DNA of 64,000 nt from an uncultured Eubacteriales bacterium. Lineage in GTDB: Bacteria > Bacillota > Clostridia > HGM11514. The notes under the pieces were generated by a model. The model was given only the letters and a program-made list of their open reading frames with translations, was not told where the DNA came from and ran no database searches. How positions within the stretch are numbered: position 1 is the stretch's first letter; every line of letters begins with the position of its first letter. The DNA is taken from NCBI GenBank assembly GCA_902492655.1, contig CABUMF010000005.1:13478-77477 (forward strand). The letters are read 5' to 3'. Both the position numbers and the translations under genes were made by a program. This document shows positions 57,981 to 64,000 of this stretch, one piece after another.

Positions 57981-59420
57981 TCACACCTTCAGTTCGGCAT
58001 GCAAGCCGATTTCATTTTTGTACGCTTCCAAAACGGGCGCAATAAATTCGTCAACAAACTCATCCACCTGCTCGGGGCACCTTCCGATAAAGTTCTTACC
58101 GTCAAGAATTGAATTAATCTCGCTTTCGGAAAGCCCGAACACTTCATCCGCAGCGATACGCTGCACAAGGTCATTCTTTTCGCCTTCCACCTTAACCTTT
58201 GCGGCGGCTGCCATGGAATGCTGCCTTATTCTTTCGTGAAGCTCCTGACGGTTTCCGCCCTTCTTAACAGCGTCCATCATAATATTCTCGGTCGCCATAA
58301 ACGGGAGCTCGCTTTGAACCCTTGCAGAAATAACCTTGTCATAAACAACCATGCCCTCGGCAACATTCATATAAATGTTGAGAATTGCATCGGTAGCAAG
58401 GAATGCTTCCGCAACGGATAATCTCTTGTTTGCAGAATCGTCGAGAGTTCTTTCAAACCACTGAACGGAAGATGTCATAGCGGGGTTCAGCGCATCCGCC
58501 ATAACATATCTTGCAAGAGAGCAAATTCTTTCGCTTCTCATAGGATTGCGTTTATATGCCATAGCGGACGATCCGATTTGGTTTTTCTCAAATGGCTCTT
58601 CGATTTCCTTAAGATTTTGCAATAACCTTAAATCGGTTGCAAACTTATGTGCGCTCTGCGCAATTCCGCTCAGCACATTAAGAACCCTGCTGTCAACCTT
58701 TCTGGAATATGTCTGTCCGGAAACGGGATACACACTTTCAAATCCCATTTCCGAAGCGATAATCCGCTCCATCTCTTTTATCTTTTTGCTGTCGCCCTCA
58801 AAAAGCTCCACAAAGCTTGCCTGCGTACCGGTGGTTCCCTTTGAACCGAGAAGCTTCAGACTTGAAATAACGTATTCAATATCCTGATAGTCAAGATAAA
58901 GCTCATGCAGCCAAAGCGTAGCACGCTTACCTACGGTTGTGAGCTGAGCAGGCTGAAAATGCGTAAACCCGAGGGTGGGCAAAGCCTTATATTTTTTCGC
59001 AAAATCCGCCAAAAGTGCCATAACATTGATAAGCTTTTTGCGGATGAGCATAAGCCCCTCACGCATAATGATAATATCGGTATTGTCGCCGACATAGCAG
59101 GATGTTGCTCCGAGATGTATTATCCCTGCGGCGTTCGGGCACTGAACACCGTATGCATACACATGCGACATAACATCGTGCCTTACTTCCTTTTCCCGTG
59201 CCTCCGCAACCTCGTAGTTTATATCATCCTTAAAGCGTTCAAGCTCCTCAATCTGTTCCTTTGTAACGGGGAGTCCCAATTTATTCTCCGCCTTTGCAAG
59301 GGCAATCCACAGCCTGCGCCATGTTTTGAACTTCTTGTCGGGAGAAAAAATATACTTCATTTCATCGCTTGCGTATCTTGAATTAAGCGGAGTTTCATAG
59401 GTATTTTTCAAATCCTTCAC
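57981..59420 (-). CDS. purB: adenylosuccinate lyase
   Basis: 479 aa fumarase/ASL family with GSSAMAYKRNP signature. Confidence 0.92.
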   Translation of the reverse strand: MKDLKNTYETPLNSRYASDEMKYIFSPDKKFKTWRRLWIALAKAENKLGLPVTKEQIEELERFKDDINYEVAEAREKEVRHDVMSHVYAYGVQCPNAAGIIHLGATSCYVGDNTDIIIMREGLMLIRKKLINVMALLADFAKKYKALPTLGFTHFQPAQLTTVGKRATLWLHELYLDYQDIEYVISSLKLLGSKGTTGTQASFVELFEGDSKKIKEMERIIASEMGFESVYPVSGQTYSRKVDSRVLNVLSGIAQSAHKFATDLRLLQNLKEIEEPFEKNQIGSSAMAYKRNPMRSERICSLARYVMADALNPAMTSSVQWFERTLDDSANKRLSVAEAFLATDAILNIYMNVAEGMVVYDKVISARVQSELPFMATENIMMDAVKKGGNRQELHERIRQHSMAAAAKVKVEGEKNDLVQRIAADEVFGLSESEINSILDGKNFIGRCPEQVDEFVDEFIAPVLEAYKNEIGLHAELKV

Positions 59421-59429
59421 CTCAAAAAA

Positions 59430-60623
59430 TTAATATTCCTGTTTGATAAACTTTTCTATTCTGTTAAGACCTTCCACGATATTTTCCATAGATGTTGCAT
59501 ACGAAAGCCTTGTATAACCTTCAGCCGCAAAGCTTCCTCCCGGAACAAGCCCGACCTTTGCAACCTCCAGAAGCTTTTCACAAAACTCATATGAGGAATT
59601 AATCTTTGTGCCGTAGAAATCCTTCCCGAAGAGCTTTGAAATATTCATCATTACATAGAAAGCCCCGTCAGGCATAGCGGCAGATAAGCCTTCAATGGAA
59701 TTAATTCTTTCAACCATATAATTACGGCGCTTAACAAATTCGCCGCACATCATATTTGTAAAGTCATCATTGCCCTCGTAAGCCGCAAGAGCCGCCATCT
59801 GAGCAATGGAATTGGGATTTGAAGAAGCATGGCTCTGCATATTCGCCATAGCCTTTGTGATTTTCTCGTCAGCGGCGGTAAAACCTATTCTCCACCCCGT
59901 CATTGAATGGCTTTTTGAAAGACCGTTAACAATTATTGTCCTCTGCTTTATTTCATCCCCGAATGAAGCAATGCTCACATGCTTTTCGCCGTCATATATA
60001 AGCTTTTCGTAAATCTCATCAGAAATTACATACAGATTGTGCTCAACTGCAAACTCAGCCAAAGCACGGATTTCGTTCTCATTATAGATAAGACCTGTGG
60101 GATTATTGGGGCTGTTGAGCACAAAAGCCTTTGTTTTATCCGTAAGAGCCTTTTCAAGGTCGGAAACCGTAATCTTAAATCCGTTTTCGCCTCTTATGAT
60201 TACGGGCGTTCCGTCCGCAAGCTTTACCATTTCGGGATAGCTGACCCAATAAGGTGCCGGAATTATTACCTCATCGCCCGGATTGCAGATTGCGGAAAAA
60301 GCATTTACCAAGGAATGTTTTGCGCCGTTGCTTACTACAATCTGGCTTGGCTTATAGAAAAGACCGTTATCACGCTCAAGCTTTTTGCAAATTGCCGATT
60401 TAAGCTCAGGAATTCCCGAAGCGGGAGTATATTTCGTAAAGCCGTCACGAATTGCCTTGATAGCGGCATCCTTAATGTAATCCGGCGTATCAAAATCAGG
60501 CTGACCAGCACCGAAGCCTATGACATTTTCACCTGCCGCCTTAAGCGCCTTAACCTTCTCATCAATCGCAAGAGTCGGCGAAGGATTTATTGTACCAATC
60601 TTTTTAGATATAGAAATTTCCAT
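59430..60623 (-). CDS. pyridoxal-phosphate-dependent aminotransferase, class I (aspartate aminotransferase-like)
   Basis: 397 aa. NPTG motif and the PLP-lysine block SKSHSMTGWRIGF. Confidence 0.88.
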   Translation of the reverse strand: MEISISKKIGTINPSPTLAIDEKVKALKAAGENVIGFGAGQPDFDTPDYIKDAAIKAIRDGFTKYTPASGIPELKSAICKKLERDNGLFYKPSQIVVSNGAKHSLVNAFSAICNPGDEVIIPAPYWVSYPEMVKLADGTPVIIRGENGFKITVSDLEKALTDKTKAFVLNSPNNPTGLIYNENEIRALAEFAVEHNLYVISDEIYEKLIYDGEKHVSIASFGDEIKQRTIIVNGLSKSHSMTGWRIGFTAADEKITKAMANMQSHASSNPNSIAQMAALAAYEGNDDFTNMMCGEFVKRRNYMVERINSIEGLSAAMPDGAFYVMMNISKLFGKDFYGTKINSSYEFCEKLLEVAKVGLVPGGSFAAEGYTRLSYATSMENIVEGLNRIEKFIKQEY

Positions 60624-60877
60624 TCAAATCGTCCTCACAATAGTATTATATATATATTGTAATACAAAATCGAAATTTTTGCAAGTTTTTTATTACATAA
60701 ATTCATAAATTGTTTTTGACAAAAGTTATATAGTTTTCATAAAAACCCATAAAACAAGTTTTCATGTGCAACGGTTTATAAAAAACCGTGCCGTTTTTCG
60801 TCATATTCGTCATATTATGAAAGAAAAACACCGATAATATTTCAAGAAAAAAGTATTCCAATAAGACAGCAAAAACC

Positions 60878-60912
60878 TGCACCGTATTTTATGCAGGTTC
60901 CTTTTTTTCTGT
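60878..60912 (-). terminator. intrinsic terminator downstream of yraN (AACCTGCA ... TGCAGGTT with flanking A/T tracts)
   Basis: 8-bp stem with a 10-nt loop; T7 on the plus side and T4 on the minus side. Confidence 0.55.
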
Positions 60913-60913
60913 A

Positions 60914-61291
60914 TTATACTCCGAATGCGTTTTCGATATGATTAACCTTAACCGTTTTAAAACCGCCGAAAACCGACCTTTTGTACATTACCTCGATTAC
61001 ATCGAATCTGTAATCGCTGTCGCTTCCGTTTTGCATTATAAAGCTCATTGCGGTATTAACGATTTTTTGCTGTTTTATTACATTAACCGCCTCGGAGGGT
61101 GCTCCGAAATCCTCGGAATTTCTTGTTTTCACCTCAACAAAGACGATGTAATCATCTTTCCTTGCAATAATGTCAATCTCCCCGCCGCGATTTCTGTAAT
61201 TTCGTTCAAGAATTTTATAGCCCTTATGCTTCAGGAAAGTGCAAGCCGATGCTTCACCGAAAGTCCCAACGGATTTATTGTCAGTTTTCAT
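60914..61291 (-). CDS. yraN: YraN family protein (UPF0102, predicted endonuclease)
   Basis: Start taken at the internal ATG (MKTDNKSVGTFGEASACTFLKHKGYKILERNYR..EIDIIA..VFVEVKTR), matching the ~120-aa YraN family. Conserved position after rnhB. Confidence 0.8.
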   Translation of the reverse strand: MKTDNKSVGTFGEASACTFLKHKGYKILERNYRNRGGEIDIIARKDDYIVFVEVKTRNSEDFGAPSEAVNVIKQQKIVNTAMSFIMQNGSDSDYRFDVIEVMYKRSVFGGFKTVKVNHIENAFGV

Positions 61292-61292
61292 A

Positions 61293-61889
61293 TCATTCAC
61301 CCAGTATTTTTTTAAGAAAGCTCTTTCTGTGTATAGGGCACGGGCCAAGCCTCTTAAGCGCATCAATATGTGCCGCCGTACCGTAGCCCTTATGCTTATC
61401 AAAGCCATATTCGGGATACTTGTCCGAAAGCTCCCTTATGTACCTGTCACGGCTCACCTTTGCAAGTATCGAAGCCGCCGCAATGCACGCAACCTTCGCA
61501 TCGCCTTTAACGACAGTTTCATGAGGTAAATCCATATTCTTTATGCTGTTGCCGTCAATAAGAACATAATCAGGCTTTACTCCAAGAGAATCAACAGCGG
61601 CATTCATAGCCTTATGCGTTGCATTCAGAATATTTATTTCGTCAATTTCATGCTCGTCAACCGAAGCAATGGCATAGTAATCCGCATTTTCGATTATATA
61701 ATCAAAAACCTTCTCACGCTTTTTTTCGCTCAGCTTTTTTGAGTCCTTAATATCGGGAATATATTTATCCTCGCTCATAATGACAGCCGCCGCAAAAACA
61801 GGCCCTGCCAAAGGCCCTCTGCCTGCCTCGTCGACTCCGGCGATAAGCCTAAAGCCCTTTTCGTGAAGGAGATGTTCCGTTTCTGTCAT
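61293..61889 (-). CDS. rnhB: ribonuclease HII
   Basis: IAGVDEAGRGPLAGPV active-site N-terminus. 198 aa. Confidence 0.92.
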   Translation of the reverse strand: MTETEHLLHEKGFRLIAGVDEAGRGPLAGPVFAAAVIMSEDKYIPDIKDSKKLSEKKREKVFDYIIENADYYAIASVDEHEIDEINILNATHKAMNAAVDSLGVKPDYVLIDGNSIKNMDLPHETVVKGDAKVACIAAASILAKVSRDRYIRELSDKYPEYGFDKHKGYGTAAHIDALKRLGPCPIHRKSFLKKILGE

Positions 61890-61892
61890 AAC

Positions 61893-62744
61893 CTATTCAG
61901 CCCTTTCAAGAGAAATACAGCCAAGCTTACAGCCTCTGAATTCATCAAGCAAAATCTTGGCCGCACGCTCGGTGTCAATCACTCCGCCGCTTCTTAAAAA
62001 TCCCCTGTTTTTGCCGATAAGCTCCAAAATCTCATAGGATGTTACCGTTCCGTCAGGCTTTGGAAGCTTGTAACGCTCACAAAGATTTTTTTCATAGCCT
62101 ACCGTGCGAAGTGCACCTATAAGCGCACACGCAAGCTCTTCCGGATCTAAAATTTCATCCTTTATGGCACCTGTGAACGCAAGCTTGTAGCCAACATTTT
62201 CGTCCTCAAACTTCGGCCACAGAATACCGGGAGTATCCAAAAGCTCGAAGCCGTTGCCGAGGCGAATCCACTGCTTCCCTCTTGTAACGCCCGGCTTATC
62301 CCCAACCTTTGTGCTTGCCCTTTTGGAAATTTTATTTATAAAAGACGATTTGCCCACATTGGGCACACCGACAATCATCATTCTGATGCTCTTGTTTATG
62401 CCCCGTTTGGCATTGGCTTCGATTTTATCCGAAAGGACATTGCGCACCTCGCCGATGACCTTATCGGTTCCTCTGCCGCTTTGGCAATCGGTAACACAAA
62501 CACGGATATTGTTTTTTAAAAAATACCTGACCCATTCCTCGGTTCTTTCCTTGTCCGCCATATCCGCCTTATTGAGCACCACAACTCTGGGTTTGCCGCG
62601 CGTCAGGCTGTCAATGTCGGGATTTCTCGACGCAATGGGAATTCTTGCATCAAGAAGTTCAATCACAACATCAACAAGCTTAATGTCCTGCTCAATATTC
62701 CTTCTTGTTTTGGTCATATGACCGGGAAACCACTGAATACTCAT
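61893..62744 (-). CDS. rbgA: ribosome biogenesis GTPase A (YlqF/RbgA)
   Basis: Circularly permuted GTPase with MSIQWFPGHMTK N-terminus and GVPNVGKSS G1 motif. Confidence 0.92.
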   Translation of the reverse strand: MSIQWFPGHMTKTRRNIEQDIKLVDVVIELLDARIPIASRNPDIDSLTRGKPRVVVLNKADMADKERTEEWVRYFLKNNIRVCVTDCQSGRGTDKVIGEVRNVLSDKIEANAKRGINKSIRMMIVGVPNVGKSSFINKISKRASTKVGDKPGVTRGKQWIRLGNGFELLDTPGILWPKFEDENVGYKLAFTGAIKDEILDPEELACALIGALRTVGYEKNLCERYKLPKPDGTVTSYEILELIGKNRGFLRSGGVIDTERAAKILLDEFRGCKLGCISLERAE

Positions 62745-62752
62745 AATTCCAC

Positions 62753-63382
62753 CTATTTAAGCAATCCGAATGAATTAAACGGATAAACTCTGAACACAGC
62801 CTGCCCCACTATATCCTTTTTATTTACAGGGCCTATGTCACGGCTGTCACGGCTGTTCGCACGATTATCTCCCATGACGAAAATATAGTCATCGGGAACC
62901 TTATACGGGTTATCCTTTGTGGGAGTAATCCACTGATATACAAGGTCGGGCTCGTCGGAGGGCACGGGCTTTCCGGCAGCGTCCGCCGCAAAGCTTATAC
63001 CGTGATTTGAAACCGAGCCGGTATAATCCTCCGAAAGTGCGGTACCGTCAACAAAAACCGTACCGTCACCATCCACAAAAACAGTTTGCCCGGAAAGTGC
63101 AATAACCCTTTTGATGTACGGTCTTGAATCATCTCCGTACGGGTCAAACACAACAATATCGCCGTTATCGGGCTCATAGTTCAGTTTTATAACACAAAGC
63201 CTGTCGCCGTCTGCGAGTGTATAATCCATGGAATGGCCGTCAACCAAAACCATAGTAAACAAAAACTTTCTGATCAGGAAAGCCGCAACAAATGCGACAA
63301 CTATAACCATAATCCAGTCAACAACTTCTTTTAAAACCTTGTTCTGAATAGCAAACATAGGGACAAACCTCCAAAAAAGCAA
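62753..63382 (-). CDS. lepB: signal peptidase I
   Basis: Catalytic Ser box (GHSMDYTL), Lys box and GDNRANSRDSR box. The start may be the internal ATG at 63358. Confidence 0.88.
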   Translation of the reverse strand: MLFWRFVPMFAIQNKVLKEVVDWIMVIVVAFVAAFLIRKFLFTMVLVDGHSMDYTLADGDRLCVIKLNYEPDNGDIVVFDPYGDDSRPYIKRVIALSGQTVFVDGDGTVFVDGTALSEDYTGSVSNHGISFAADAAGKPVPSDEPDLVYQWITPTKDNPYKVPDDYIFVMGDNRANSRDSRDIGPVNKKDIVGQAVFRVYPFNSFGLLK

Positions 63383-63418
63383 ACGAGGCCGCTGTCAGCC
63401 GCCTCATTTATCTTGAAA

Positions 63419-63760
63419 TTATATTCTTTCTTTAACCTTAGCTGCCTTACCAACGCGATCTCTGAGGTAATAGAGCTTAGCGCGTCTAACCTTACCGTGA
63501 CGAACAACTTCAATTCTGTCGATAAGGGGAGAGTTAACAGGGAATGTCTTTTCAACACCCACACCGTAAGATACTCTTCTTACCTTGAATGTTTCCTGGA
63601 TTCCGCCATGCTTCTTAGCGATAACGGTACCTTCAAACATCTGGATTCTTTCTTTAGAGCCTTCCTTGATTTTAATGTACACCTTAACGGTATCACCGAT
63701 TAAAACCTCAGGCAAATCGGTTCTGATCTGCTCAGCAGTAATTGCCTTAACTATATCCAT
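63419..63760 (-). CDS. rplS: 50S ribosomal protein L19
   Basis: [19 protein letters not shown]...; start at the ATG preceded by an AAAGGAGG RBS. The longer track ORF is an N-terminal over-extension. Confidence 0.92.
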   Translation of the reverse strand: MDIVKAITAEQIRTDLPEVLIGDTVKVYIKIKEGSKERIQMFEGTVIAKKHGGIQETFKVRRVSYGVGVEKTFPVNSPLIDRIEVVRHGKVRRAKLYYLRDRVGKAAKVKERI

Positions 63761-64000
63761 GAGTTGCGTCCTCCTTTCCCCAAAGACATTCATGCCGAAA
63801 TCAAATCGACAGAGGACTGCCCGTAATTCTATAAGATTATATCACACTTATTAAAAAAATGCAAGCCTTTTTGGAAAACTTTTTAAATTTTTTTATTTTA
63901 GAGCAAATAGTACCAAAGATACGGCCAAACAAAGCGTTTTGGGCGGCTGTCCCCTTCTTCCTTGACCGATACGCGGCGCATTAAATACCACTTTTTATCT

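Noticed and set aside
57321-58112. 263-aa plus-strand ORF
   Set aside because: It is antisense to the proC-purB junction, has an Arg/His-rich low-complexity translation, and the well-supported proC and purB genes occupy the opposite strand.
59979-60662. 227-aa plus-strand ORF
   Set aside because: It is antisense to the class I aminotransferase and has no recognisable domain. Likely spurious.

Overview
This 64 kb window looks like a chromosomal segment from a spore-forming Firmicute (Clostridia-like), judging by spoVD-type PBP, spoIIM, the IspH-S1 fusion and Cu-amine-oxidase-like surface domains. It is mostly core housekeeping genes with two accessory stretches. No CRISPR array, prophage, transposase or recognisable defence system was found.

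Gene order, left to right:
- 1-10.5 kb: a complete dcw/mra cell-wall cluster on the minus strand (partial murA, murG, ftsW/spoVE, mraY, murF, murE, PBP, ftsL-like, rsmH, mraZ). There is no murD. The mraZ promoter carries GTGGG operator repeats.
- 11-18.4 kb: a divergently transcribed 7-gene glycan-biosynthesis operon (GtrB-like GT2, three GT4, a WbaP-type initiating phosphoglycosyl transferase, GT2, UDP-xylose synthase). It has no flippase, polymerase or exporter.
- 18.47-19.04 kb: tRNA-Arg(CCG) followed by an unusual tandem array of 2.7 copies of a 189-bp structured repeat. Each copy carries the tRNA 3' end and an intrinsic terminator.
- 19.15-21.2 kb: an EndA-like secreted nuclease with Cu-amine-oxidase-like N-terminal domains and a strong consensus promoter, then a hypothetical gene that may be 5'-truncated.
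- 21.3-21.7 kb: a minus-strand tRNA cluster (Cys, Gly, Phe, Asp) with a consensus promoter.
- 21.9-30.5 kb: NSS-family transporter, pta-ackA, yceD-rpmF, pckA, a YihY membrane protein and a MATE efflux pump.
- 31.1-34.7 kb: an amino-sugar module: an AraC regulator divergent from an N-acetylhexosamine 1-kinase (NahK) and an unusual NagB-ROK kinase fusion.
- 34.8-37.9 kb: a surface module (membrane metallophosphoesterase, two lipoproteins, a GDSL hydrolase).
- 37.9-46.6 kb: RNase J with a long leader, a sugar-phosphate isomerase, serA-serC, and cmk-plsC-ispH::rpsA (IspH-S1 fusion).
- 46.7-55.4 kb: a second accessory stretch: a BspA-type LRR lipoprotein; an AraR-like regulator divergent from a beta-helix protein; an EamA transporter with an in-frame TAA; a GH42-like glycosidase with a frameshift in an A5 run; an Fe-ADH; a DUF1294 protein.
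- 55.5-63.8 kb: xerD-spoIIM, proC, purB, an aminotransferase, and yraN-rnhB-rbgA-lepB-rplS.
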